Part shown: piece after piece, positions 25,929 through 34,409 of the stretch
How positions within the stretch are numbered: the stretch's first letter is position 1
Layout of the letters: each line of letters begins with the position of its first letter
Assembly: GCA_040349255.1 (NCBI GenBank)
Contig: JBEQUE010000231.1
Span: forward strand, 34,641 to 98,640
DNA: 64,000 nt
Reading direction: 5' to 3'
Source: Acidobacteriota bacterium
GTDB lineage: Bacteria; Acidobacteriota; Thermoanaerobaculia; Multivoradales; UBA5704
Notes under the pieces: generated by a model
The model's database searches: none
What the model saw: only the letters and a program-made list of their open reading frames with translations
What the model was told of the DNA's origin: nothing
Position numbers and translations under genes: made by a program

Positions 25929-26414
25929 TCATTTGGGCGGAGACGGCGGCGGAGGAAGCGGAGTCCTCGAATAAAGCCCGATCGGGTGGCCGGCCGGATC
26001 GGCGACCAGGGCGATCGCCCCGATGCCGTCCGGCAGATTGAAGGGGAATCCCGGCACGACGGTTCCCCCGAGCTCACTCGTCTTCCTGCAACTTGCCTGG
26101 ATATCCGTCACCTGAACATAGACCACGCCGTTGAACGGACTGATCTTGCCTTCCGCACCACGCAGAGTCCCGATGGAGGTGCCGCCCGACACGATCTCGA
26201 CCGCCTGATCCGTGCCCTGCACCGGAGCGAACTGCCAGCCGAAGAGCTGGCCGTAAAACTCCTTGGACCGCGCCAGGTCGGTCGTCGTGATGTCGAACCA
26301 GGCGATGCGCCCCGGTCCAACATCCGCAGGGGGAGTCTTGTGGGTCTCTGCCCGGAGCTGTCCGGCTGCGAGGGTCATGGTCATCGCCATCATCGCCAAG
26401 ATCGCGTTCCGCAT
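25929..26414 (-). CDS. VOC/glyoxalase-family protein with signal-like N-terminus
   Basis: IAWFDITTTDLARSKEFYGQLFGW...ADPAGHPIGL. Confidence 0.85.
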   Translation of the reverse strand: MRNAILAMMAMTMTLAAGQLRAETHKTPPADVGPGRIAWFDITTTDLARSKEFYGQLFGWQFAPVQGTDQAVEIVSGGTSIGTLRGAEGKISPFNGVVYVQVTDIQASCRKTSELGGTVVPGFPFNLPDGIGAIALVADPAGHPIGLYSRTPLPPPPSPPK

Positions 26415-26581
26415 CGCTGCTCTCCCGTTGGTTAGTGAGGATCGGGAGCAAGCTACCACGTAGCCTCAAGCCGGACAACCGAGGATCTGAATTTACACCT
26501 TGAAGAGAGGAGTCTTTTGAATGTAGTGTCAGTCGTCTGCTCTCCAGACAACTCCGTTCGAGGCTACAATGCCATTTCGTA

Positions 26582-26610
26582 TTGACGACGTATATACCCT
26601 ATTGTACTCT
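26582..26610 (+). promoter_or_regulatory. BrnTA promoter, probably leaderless
   Basis: TTGACG-N17-TACTCT, 5 nt before the ATG; GTATATAC palindrome in the spacer. Confidence 0.65.
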
Positions 26611-26615
26611 CTCCC

Positions 26616-26921
26616 ATGGATGTCGTCCATCGACTGAACGACATCGCATTCGTATGGGACGCCGAAAAGGCAAGAGCCAATCTCCGGAAGCATGGGGTAG
26701 CTCTGGAAGTGGCCTGCGAGGTCTTTTTCGACCCGTTTGTCTGCCTCCTCCGGGCGGACGTCATCGGTGGCGAGGAGCGCGAACTGGTGGTTGGGATGAC
26801 TCGGGGGTGGCAGACCTTGGCCGTGGTCTACACATTCCGTACGGACCGCATCCGTCTCATCTCCTCCAGGCCAGCTACCTCGCAAGAGAGAAGAGCTTAT
26901 GAAGATGGATCAACTCCGTGA
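26616..26921 (+). CDS. BrnT (DUF497) family toxin
   Basis: FVWDAEKARANLRKHGV...EER...RIRLISSRPAT..ER. Confidence 0.9.
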   Translation: MDVVHRLNDIAFVWDAEKARANLRKHGVALEVACEVFFDPFVCLLRADVIGGEERELVVGMTRGWQTLAVVYTFRTDRIRLISSRPATSQERRAYEDGSTP

Positions 26922-27186
26922 GCGACTCCGTAAGGACCGTCCGATGACCACGATCAGCATCCGGATGCCGGAGGATGTTGTAGAGGAACTGAAGCGAATC
27001 GCGCCCCTCCTCGGCTTTTCGGGGTATCAGCCCCTGATCCGGACCTACATCGGGCAGGGCATGCGGCAGGATGTAGAAAAACTCTCCCGGATTCCTGGGA
27101 TCGAGCGGATCATCGAGAGTCTGCGCCGACAGGGAGTGGCGGAGGAGGTGATCAACTCCGCCGTCGCCGAGTTGCACTCGGCCTGA
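26899..27186 (+). CDS. BrnA/CopG-like antitoxin
   Basis: MTTISIRMPEDVVEELK RHH-like segment; overlaps the toxin 3' end. Confidence 0.8.
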   Translation: MKMDQLRERLRKDRPMTTISIRMPEDVVEELKRIAPLLGFSGYQPLIRTYIGQGMRQDVEKLSRIPGIERIIESLRRQGVAEEVINSAVAELHSA

Positions 27187-27188
27187 TC

Positions 27189-27806
27189 TTAGCCCCTCCG
27201 GGCCCTCTCCGCCCGCCGCCGCGACTTCTCGATCGTTCCGCAGGTCTCCATCTCGCACCACCGGCGCAGTCCGTTCCGGCTGCGGTCCACGTACATCCAG
27301 CCGCAATCCAGCGCACCACAGACGCGGATGCGCCGGGCCTCCTCCGACTTCAGCAGGTTTGCCGCCGACCAGACGACCGGCCAGAGGACCGATTCCAGGA
27401 TCTCCTCCACGCCGTGCCACTCCCATTCAGCCACGGCCTGTCCCTTGCGCAAGGGAGAGACGCGCAGGTGCCGCAGGGCTTCGCTGAGCAACTCGTTGAG
27501 CTCGTCCCAGGCCGGGTCCGATCTCTTGCCGCGGGCGACCGACATATAGAGCCGCTGCAGGACATCCCGCAGACGTAAGGCAGCTTCGTAGGCCTTCTGC
27601 GCTTCGGCCGGCTTTGCCGTGGCCGTCCGCCTCAAGGCCTGGGCGTTGGCCTTGGAGATCACGCCGGCGCCCTCGGCCCAGCGGGTCAGGCGGACGTAAT
27701 CGGTGAGGCGCTCCTTGATCGGCCCCTGGGTGGTCCAGTCGACCGTGTTCACGAGGTCCAGGCTGGGGTCGCCTCCGACGTACTTGAGCGGCAGCTCGTC
27801 TTCCAC
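27189..27806 (-). CDS. ABATE/CGNR zinc-finger domain protein
   Basis: LDLVNT; C-terminal CGALDCGW.YVDRSRNGLRRWCEMETCG. Confidence 0.88.
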   Translation of the reverse strand: MEDELPLKYVGGDPSLDLVNTVDWTTQGPIKERLTDYVRLTRWAEGAGVISKANAQALRRTATAKPAEAQKAYEAALRLRDVLQRLYMSVARGKRSDPAWDELNELLSEALRHLRVSPLRKGQAVAEWEWHGVEEILESVLWPVVWSAANLLKSEEARRIRVCGALDCGWMYVDRSRNGLRRWCEMETCGTIEKSRRRAERARRG

Positions 27807-27835
27807 CTCTCCATTCTAGCACCAGTATTCGGGGC

Positions 27836-27872
27836 TTGACAGGTGCAGGCAGGAGGCATAGCCTGCACCTGT
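27836..27872 (+). promoter_or_regulatory. Promoter overlaid by a perfect 12-bp inverted repeat (candidate operator)
   Basis: TTGACA-N17-TAGCCT; arms ACAGGTGCAGGC (27839-27850) and GCCTGCACCTGT (27861-27872). Confidence 0.7.
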
Positions 27873-27905
27873 AAGAGCGCCGATACTGGTGCAGGAGGGC
27901 GGATC

Positions 27906-28211
27906 ATGATTGCGCGCACATGGCGGGGAGCGACGAGGGCGGAGGACGCGGACGTCTACCTCGAATATCTGGAGAAGACCGGGTTTTCCGAATACCGCGC
28001 GACGCCGGGAAACCGCGGCGTGCTGGGCCTCCGGCGCGTGGCCGACGGCCGGGCGGAGTTCCTGCTCGTGACGCTCTGGGAGTCCGAGGAGGCGATCCGG
28101 AAGTTCGCGGGCGAGGACATCGAACGCGCCGTGTTCTATCCGGAGGATGACCGCTTCCTGATCGAGAAGGGCGAGCGCGTCGAGCACTTCGAGGTCGTGG
28201 CATGGCCGTGA
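27906..28211 (+). CDS. Antibiotic biosynthesis monooxygenase (ABM)-like protein
   Basis: MIARTWRG...EFLLVTLWESEEAIRKFAG...AVFYPED. Confidence 0.8.
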   Translation: MIARTWRGATRAEDADVYLEYLEKTGFSEYRATPGNRGVLGLRRVADGRAEFLLVTLWESEEAIRKFAGEDIERAVFYPEDDRFLIEKGERVEHFEVVAWP

Positions 28212-29077
28212 GCCGCGTCCGGCTCGTCGCGGCGTTCGCGGCGATCTACGTGTTCTGGGGCGGGACGTTCCTCGCCATCCGCTATGCCGTCGCGGACGTG
28301 CCGCCCCTGCTCATGATGGCGATCCGCTGCAGCGGTGGCGCGGTCATCCTCTTCGGCTGGCTTGCGGTGCGCGGACAGCTCGAGAGGGCGACGCTCGCGC
28401 AGTGGAAGGTGGCCGGGATGGCCGGAACGCTGCTGTTCCTGGGTTGCCATGGCATCCTCGCCTGGGCCGAGCAGAGCGTCAGCTCGGGCCGGGCGGCGCT
28501 CCTGATGACCTCCATCTCCGTTTTCCTGGTCCTGCTGAGCGCCGCCCGCGAGCGGCGGCTCCCCTCGCGGCGCGTGCTCCTCGGGATCGGCCTGGGGGTG
28601 GCGGGGATCGCCGTGCTGACCTACGGAAAGCAGGGCTCGGCTCCGCTCGGCGCTCAACTGCTCCTCGTCCTGAGCGACCTCTTCTGGGCCGCGGGCTCGC
28701 TGATCGGGCGGCACGGCGCGCGTCCGAAGTCGGCGATCCAGTCGACGGCGATGCAACTCGCCTGCGGCGCGGCGGTGCTGCTCGCGGCGAGCCTCGTCGC
28801 CGGAGAGCCGGCCGGCTGGTCTCCGGACCAGGTGACGCTGCGCGGCTGGCTTTCGATCGCGTTTCTGATCGTCTGCGGCACCGTCCTCGCCTTCGCGGCG
28901 TACACCTGGCTGCTCCAGGTCAGCACGCCGGCCGCGGTCGGCACCTACTCGTTCGTCAACCCGTTGATCGCGCTCGGCCTGGCCTGGGCCGTGGGAGACG
29001 AGCCGGCGGACGTCCGCGTGCTCTTCGCGGCGGCGCTCGTGCTCGGCGCGATCTTCCTGAGTGGAGAGAAAGAATGA
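28202..29077 (+). CDS. EamA/DMT-family transporter
   Basis: IYVFWGGTF and YSFVNPLIA motifs; about 10 TM segments. Confidence 0.88.
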   Translation: MAVSRVRLVAAFAAIYVFWGGTFLAIRYAVADVPPLLMMAIRCSGGAVILFGWLAVRGQLERATLAQWKVAGMAGTLLFLGCHGILAWAEQSVSSGRAALLMTSISVFLVLLSAARERRLPSRRVLLGIGLGVAGIAVLTYGKQGSAPLGAQLLLVLSDLFWAAGSLIGRHGARPKSAIQSTAMQLACGAAVLLAASLVAGEPAGWSPDQVTLRGWLSIAFLIVCGTVLAFAAYTWLLQVSTPAAVGTYSFVNPLIALGLAWAVGDEPADVRVLFAAALVLGAIFLSGEKE

Positions 29078-30471
29078 ACACGACGGTACCCGCGGATCTC
29101 GCCGATCTCGAAACGTTTTTCACCACGAATGCCGATCGCTTCCGCTCCGAGCTGTTCGAGCTGCTGCGGATCCCCAGCGTGAGCACCCGCGCCGAGCATC
29201 GGCCGGATATGCAGCGGGCCGCGGATTGGGTGGCGGCCTCCTTGCGCTCGGCCGGCCTCGGCGCCGAGGTCCATCCGACCGACGGCCACCCGATCGTCCT
29301 CGGCGAATGGCGCGGGGCTCCCGCGGGCTCTCCGACGGTTCTGATCTATGGTCATTACGACGTCCAACCGGCCGATCCTTTCGATCTCTGGACCTCTCCG
29401 CCGTTTGAGCCCGCGGTGCGCGACGGCCGCCTGTACGCCCGCGGCGCCACGGACGACAAGGGCCAGCTCTTCCTCCACATCAAGGCCCTGGAGGCGCATC
29501 TCCGGAGCCGCGGCGCGCTGCCGGTCAACGTGGTGGTCCTGGTCGAAGGCGAGGAGGAGGGTGGCGGCGAGAACCTGGCGCCGTTCATCGAGCGCAACGC
29601 GGACCGGCTGCGCTGCGATGCCGTGGTGATCTCCGACTCCGCGATGTTCGCGCCCGGGCTTCCGTCCATCCTCTGCGCGCTGCGCGGCATGGCCTATTTC
29701 CAGATCGACGTGCGCGGCCCGGAAGGCGACCTCCACTCCGGCAGCTACGGCGGCGCGGTGGTGAACCCGGCCATGGCGCTCGCCCGGATCCTCGCCACCC
29801 TCCATGACGACCAGGGCCGCGTCGCGGTCCCGGGCTTCTACGACCGGGTGCGCGAGTGGCCCGCCGAGCTTCGCCGGCAGGTGGAGGGGCTGCCGTTCGA
29901 GGATGCCGGGTTCCGCGAGGAGGCGCGGGTGACGGCCCTGGGCGGCGAGGCGGGGTTCTCGACCCTGGAGCGGCTCTGGATGCGGCCGACCTGCGAGGTG
30001 AACGGGCTCTTGAGCGGTTACACGGGCGAGGGGACCAAGACGGTGCTGCCGGCGAAGGCCATGGCGAAGGTGAGCTGCCGGTTGGTGCCCGACCAGGATC
30101 CGTTCGAGATCGAGCGCCGGTTCCGGGCTCACGTCGAAAGCGTGACTCCGCCCGGGGTGGCCGTGGAGGTGGCGCTGCTCCACGGCTCTCCCGCCTGGCG
30201 AGCCGACCTCGATCACCCGATCTTCGACGCCGCGAACCGGGCGCTCGAGGCGACCTTCGGCCGGGCCGCGGTGGTCACCGGCGACGGAGGCTCGCTGCCG
30301 GTGGTGAGCGACTTCGAGCGCATCCTGAAGGCGCCGGTGCTCCTGATGGGCTTCGGTCTGCCGGGAGAGAACGCCCACGCGCCGGACGAATGGCTCAGCC
30401 TGGAGAGCTTCGACAAGGGGCTCCGGACGCTGGCCATGCTCTGGGAGGAATTCGGGCGCCAATCTTGCTAG
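29074..30471 (+). CDS. M20-family dipeptidase
   Basis: YGHYDVQP, RGATDDKGQ, EGEEE and ENAHAPDE motifs. Confidence 0.92.
   Translation: MNTTVPADLADLETFFTTNADRFRSELFELLRIPSVSTRAEHRPDMQRAADWVAASLRSAGLGAEVHPTDGHPIVLGEWRGAPAGSPTVLIYGHYDVQPADPFDLWTSPPFEPAVRDGRLYARGATDDKGQLFLHIKALEAHLRSRGALPVNVVVLVEGEEEGGGENLAPFIERNADRLRCDAVVISDSAMFAPGLPSILCALRGMAYFQIDVRGPEGDLHSGSYGGAVVNPAMALARILATLHDDQGRVAVPGFYDRVREWPAELRRQVEGLPFEDAGFREEARVTALGGEAGFSTLERLWMRPTCEVNGLLSGYTGEGTKTVLPAKAMAKVSCRLVPDQDPFEIERRFRAHVESVTPPGVAVEVALLHGSPAWRADLDHPIFDAANRALEATFGRAAVVTGDGGSLPVVSDFERILKAPVLLMGFGLPGENAHAPDEWLSLESFDKGLRTLAMLWEEFGRQSC
30454..30469 (+). promoter_or_regulatory. Sigma54-type (-24/-12) promoter upstream of asnB-1
   Basis: GGGCGC-CAATC-TTGCT (GG-N10-GC) inside the 3' end of the peptidase gene. 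Confidence 0.5.
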
Positions 30472-30522
30472 CCGTCTCCGCAGGGCTGAAGTCCGCCCAA
30501 ACCGCAAGGAGAAACAACTGGC

Positions 30523-32382
30523 ATGTGCGGCATCGCGGGGATCTACCGTTTCCGGTCGGCGCGCCCGGTGGAGCCGGAGGAGGTCCGGACCATGGGCGCC
30601 TGCCTGGCCCACCGGGGGCCGGACGACGAGGGCTACCTCACCGACGGGCCGCTCGGGCTCGCCCACAAGCGGCTGACCATCCTCGACACCTCCTCGCGCG
30701 GGCGCCAGCCCCTGTTCAGCGAGGACGGGCAGTCGTGCATCGTCTTCAACGGCGAGGTCTACAACTTCGTCGAGCTGCGCGCCGAGCTGGAGGCCCGGGG
30801 CGAGACGTTCCGGACGACCACAGACACGGAGGTCATCCTCCGGCTCTGGGAGCGGACCGGCGAGGCTTGCCTCGACCGGCTGAACGGCATGTTCGCGTTC
30901 GCCATCTGGGACAGGCGCCGCCAGGCGCTGTTCATCGCCCGCGACCGCCTCGGCATCAAGCCGCTCTACTGGACGCTGGACGCGGACGGCCTGCGCTTCG
31001 CCTCCGAGATCAAGGCGCTCCTCGCCACTTCCGACCGCAGGCCGGGCGTCAACCTCGACATGCTCGACGCCTACATGAGCGTCGGCTACGTGCCGACCGA
31101 GCGCACGCTGTTCCAGGGCGTCGAGAAGCTCCAGCCCGGCTGGTGCATGACGGTCGACCGGGACGGTCCGCGCCTGCGCCAGTACTGGGACCTGCGGCCC
31201 GAGCCCGAGGACCTCTCCGAGGAGGAGTGCGTCCGGGAGACGCTCGAGCTGCTGCGCGACTCGGTCCGCATCCAGCTCAGGAGCGACGTGCCGCTCGGCG
31301 TCTTCCTCTCGGGCGGCGTCGATTCGAGCGCCGTGGTGGCCCTGATGCACGAGATGGGCGTGCGCGACATCCGCACCTTCACGGTGGCCTACGACTTCGG
31401 GCCGGAGTACGACGAGACGCGCTACGCCCGGAAGGTGGCGGAGCAGTTCAACACGCGGCACCGCGAGGTGTTCGTCACGCCGCGGGAGTTCCAGGAGTTC
31501 ATCCCGTCGCTCGTCTGGCACATGGACGAGCCGGTGACCGAGTCGGCGGCGATCTCGCTCTACTTCGTGTCGAAGATGGCGCGCGAGGACGTGACCGTCG
31601 TGCTCTCCGGCGAGGGCTCGGACGAGGTATTCGGCGGCTATCCGATCTACAGCTACATGCGGACGCTGGAGCGCTACCGCAGGCTGCCGGCGGCGCTGCG
31701 CCGGAACCTGATCAATCCCGCGCTCGACCGGCTCGGTGGCAAGTGGAACAAGTACACGCGGCTCTCCGACCTGCCCCTCCATGAGCGCTACCTGGGCGTT
31801 TCGTTCTACGAGACGCCCGTCAAGGAGGCGCTCTACCGGCCGGAGATCCGAAACCTTTTCAACGGCCACGGCATGCCGGGCTTGATTCAGCCTTTTTACG
31901 AAAAAGCGAAGGGGCTCGACGCGCTCCACCAGATGATGTATCTGGACGTGAAGAGCTGGCTGCCGGACGACCTCCTGATCAAGGCCGACAAGATGACGAT
32001 GGCGAGCTCGGTCGAGCTGCGCGTGCCGTTCCTGGACCACCGGGTGGTCGAGCTGGGGGGCCGTATCCCGTCGCGCCACCGGATCCGGGGCTGGACCACG
32101 AAATACATTCTCAAAAAAGCCATGGAGCCCTATCTGCCGCGCGAAATCCTGCATCGTGGCAAGATGGGTTTTCCCACGCCGCTGGCCCACATGTTCCAGG
32201 GCGAGATGCGCCCGTATGTGGCCGAGGTACTCGGCAGCGACCGCTCGCTCGGCCGCGGCTATTTCAAGCCGGAGTCCGTGCGCGGCCTGGTCGACGAGCA
32301 CATGGACGGCCGGCGGGACCACCACCGGGTGCTCTGGCAGCTCCTCGTGCTGGAGGAGTGGCACCGGTCGTTTGTGGACTGA
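30523..32382 (+). CDS. asnB: Asparagine synthase-like amidotransferase 1
   Basis: N-terminal MCGIAG; HRGPD, RDRLGIKPL, LSGGVDSS and SGEGSDE motifs. Confidence 0.9.
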   Translation: MCGIAGIYRFRSARPVEPEEVRTMGACLAHRGPDDEGYLTDGPLGLAHKRLTILDTSSRGRQPLFSEDGQSCIVFNGEVYNFVELRAELEARGETFRTTTDTEVILRLWERTGEACLDRLNGMFAFAIWDRRRQALFIARDRLGIKPLYWTLDADGLRFASEIKALLATSDRRPGVNLDMLDAYMSVGYVPTERTLFQGVEKLQPGWCMTVDRDGPRLRQYWDLRPEPEDLSEEECVRETLELLRDSVRIQLRSDVPLGVFLSGGVDSSAVVALMHEMGVRDIRTFTVAYDFGPEYDETRYARKVAEQFNTRHREVFVTPREFQEFIPSLVWHMDEPVTESAAISLYFVSKMAREDVTVVLSGEGSDEVFGGYPIYSYMRTLERYRRLPAALRRNLINPALDRLGGKWNKYTRLSDLPLHERYLGVSFYETPVKEALYRPEIRNLFNGHGMPGLIQPFYEKAKGLDALHQMMYLDVKSWLPDDLLIKADKMTMASSVELRVPFLDHRVVELGGRIPSRHRIRGWTTKYILKKAMEPYLPREILHRGKMGFPTPLAHMFQGEMRPYVAEVLGSDRSLGRGYFKPESVRGLVDEHMDGRRDHHRVLWQLLVLEEWHRSFVD

Positions 32383-32428
32383 GCGGGAGGCCGGGAGCGG
32401 CCCTTACGGGCGCCGCTCCCTTGGAGCA

Positions 32429-33568
32429 TCAAGCGCTGGCCGGGTGCTGCGCGAACGCCGCCGAGTGTGCGGCCGTCCGGGTGACGGACTCGGCGGCGAG
32501 CTCGGGTGTGACCGCCTTCCGCCCCAGCACCGCCAGCATGTGCCGGGCTTCATTGGCCAGAGTCACATCCCTGAGGTCCTCGAAACCTTCGCTGCGGAAC
32601 AGCTCCATGATTTCCGGGACGGTGTGGCGGTACTGATATTTCGGGCTGTAGTTGTCGAACATCTGCACCGCGCGCTCCCGGGCCGTGGCCTGCGGCGGCG
32701 CGGGCTCGCCGCGGAGACGGTGCATCAGGCGCGACATCGCGGCGTGGGCCGGCGACGCGAGGTAGCACAGGCGGTAGAGCAGGCCCATGGGCATGCGGGT
32801 GGTTACCGCGCGCAGGCTGACGTTGATCAGATGGATCCAGGCGGGGCGCATGCGATAAAGCTGGATGTAGAGCTTGCCGCCCGGTTTCACCGCCTTGCTG
32901 ATCGATCGGAACGCGCGATAGGTGCTCGGCGTGTGATGCAGAACGCCCGAGGAGTGCACCATGTCGAAGCTGCGCGCCAGGAGCGGCAGCTCCAGGACGT
33001 TGCCTTGTAAATAGTGGACGCGATGAGCGACGGAAGTCCCGCTTTCGAACAACCGCCGCCTTGCGCCCTCGACGCTGCGGCTGAAATCCATGGCCACGAC
33101 CTCGCAGCCGTACTCCGCGAACGAGCGCGTCAGCTCGCCGTTGCCGCAGCCGCCGTCGAGCACCGTGGCGCCGGCCAGCTCCTCCGGCGTGGTGTCCAGG
33201 TTGTAGAGGAACTCGCGCTTTCTCAGATCGTGGTCGTCCTTGAACCAGGTGGCGTCACCCTCCTGGAACATCTGCCACTGGAGACGGAAGCTGCGGGGGC
33301 TGCGGCGGTCGGCGACCGGCGAGGCCGGTACCGCGACCGGCGCCTTCCCGCCGCCCAGGCCGTGGCGATCATAGAACTCCGCATACTCCTCCCGCGCCGT
33401 GCGGATCATCCTCGGGATGCCGTCCACGACGGGAAAGTCCAGGCCGCAGGTACAGGCGATCAGGCCTTCCAGGATCTCTTTTTCGACCGGCTCCTCCTGG
33501 AACACTTGAAGCGTGGGCCGCTCTCCACAATTGGGGCAGACGATCCAGTCGAGCAGGCGCTTTTTCAT
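32429..33568 (-). CDS. Class I SAM methyltransferase with N-terminal Trm112-like Zn-ribbon
   Basis: IVCPNC...ACTCGLDFPVVDGIPRM; VLDGGCGNG; start ATG 33568. Confidence 0.85.
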   Translation of the reverse strand: MKKRLLDWIVCPNCGERPTLQVFQEEPVEKEILEGLIACTCGLDFPVVDGIPRMIRTAREEYAEFYDRHGLGGGKAPVAVPASPVADRRSPRSFRLQWQMFQEGDATWFKDDHDLRKREFLYNLDTTPEELAGATVLDGGCGNGELTRSFAEYGCEVVAMDFSRSVEGARRRLFESGTSVAHRVHYLQGNVLELPLLARSFDMVHSSGVLHHTPSTYRAFRSISKAVKPGGKLYIQLYRMRPAWIHLINVSLRAVTTRMPMGLLYRLCYLASPAHAAMSRLMHRLRGEPAPPQATARERAVQMFDNYSPKYQYRHTVPEIMELFRSEGFEDLRDVTLANEARHMLAVLGRKAVTPELAAESVTRTAAHSAAFAQHPASA

Positions 33569-33581
33569 GCGCCGACGCTGA

Positions 33582-33597
33582 TGCAACGACCGGGCCA
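33582..33597 (-). promoter_or_regulatory. Sigma54-type promoter for the methyltransferase
   Basis: TGGCCC-GGTCG-TTGCA. Confidence 0.65.
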
Positions 33598-33611
33598 GAG
33601 TCGTCCCGTCC

Positions 33612-33627
33612 CGGAACGCTTCTTGCA
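33612..33627 (+). promoter_or_regulatory. Sigma54-type promoter for wza
   Basis: CGGAACG-CTTC-TTGCA. Confidence 0.65.
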
Positions 33628-33633
33628 CCTCGT

Positions 33634-33664
33634 GGCATCGGTTGGTCCGAACGCAACCGATGCC
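33634..33664 (+). other. Perfect 11-bp hairpin at the wza transcript 5' end
   Basis: GGCATCGGTTG-N9-CAACCGATGCC. Confidence 0.6.
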
Positions 33665-33679
33665 CCTGGGGAGAAGGCA

Positions 33680-34267
33680 ATGAAGCTTCCGGTCTGGAAA
33701 TGGGTCGTGATCATGGCGCTCGTCGCGAGCGTCAGCCCCTCGTTCGCGCAGGTCGTCCGCAGCGAGGAGGATCCGCCGGACGCATACGCCATCGGCGTCG
33801 GCGACGTGATCGACATCTCGGTCTGGAAGAACGCGGAGCTGAGCGTCACCGTGCCGGTGCGGCCCGACGGCCGGGTCTCGGTCCCTCTCCTCGGAGACGT
33901 CCAGGCGGCCGGCATGACCCCGCGCGCGCTCACCGAGGACCTCGGCCGCAGGTTCCGGGAGTTCGTCACCGCCCCGAGCGTGTCGGTGGTGATCAAGGAG
34001 ATCCACTCCCGCAAGGTGTTCGTGACCGGCGAGGTGGCCACGCCGGGAGCCTACGACCTCCAGCCGCGGACCAAGCTGATGCAGGTCCTCGCCATGGCCG
34101 GAGGGTTGACCCCCTACGCCAGGCGCAAGGTGGTCGTGCTGCGCGACGCCCGGGACGAGGCGAAGAGCGATACGCGCTTCGAGTACGACCTCGACGCCAT
34201 CGTCTCCGGCAAGAAGCCGGAGTTCAACATCGTCCTCGAGCCCGGCGACACCCTGATCTTTCCCTGA
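33680..34267 (+). CDS. Polysaccharide export protein (Wza/Poly_export-SLBB)
   Basis: YAIGVGDVIDISVWK, VRPDGRVSVPLLGDV and VFVTGEV..PG motifs; signal peptide. Confidence 0.9.
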   Translation: MKLPVWKWVVIMALVASVSPSFAQVVRSEEDPPDAYAIGVGDVIDISVWKNAELSVTVPVRPDGRVSVPLLGDVQAAGMTPRALTEDLGRRFREFVTAPSVSVVIKEIHSRKVFVTGEVATPGAYDLQPRTKLMQVLAMAGGLTPYARRKVVVLRDARDEAKSDTRFEYDLDAIVSGKKPEFNIVLEPGDTLIFP

Positions 34268-34287
34268 GGGCTCCAGCGCGCATTTAC

Positions 34288-34303
34288 TGGCACTTGTCTT
34301 GCA
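34288..34303 (+). promoter_or_regulatory. Sigma54 promoter of the main EPS operon
   Basis: TGGCAC-TTGTC-TTGCA, a full match to the -24/-12 consensus. Confidence 0.85.
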
Positions 34304-34409
34304 TTTGGGGCGGGTGATTGTTGTTTCGAATCTCTGATTTTTGGCGGTGCTGTTGAATGTCGGAGTTGCTTCCAGCCAGCTTGTGTCTACACCGAGGAGA
34401 GGAGAAGCG

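Noticed and set aside
28945-32364. 1139-aa minus-strand ORF and similar long antisense ORFs (408-2576, 15263-18031, 19459-21999, 37109-38902, 43451-46153, 48987-51944, 54374-56812)
   Set aside because: Shadow frames of well-supported genes on the other strand in a GC-rich genome; no recognisable motifs.
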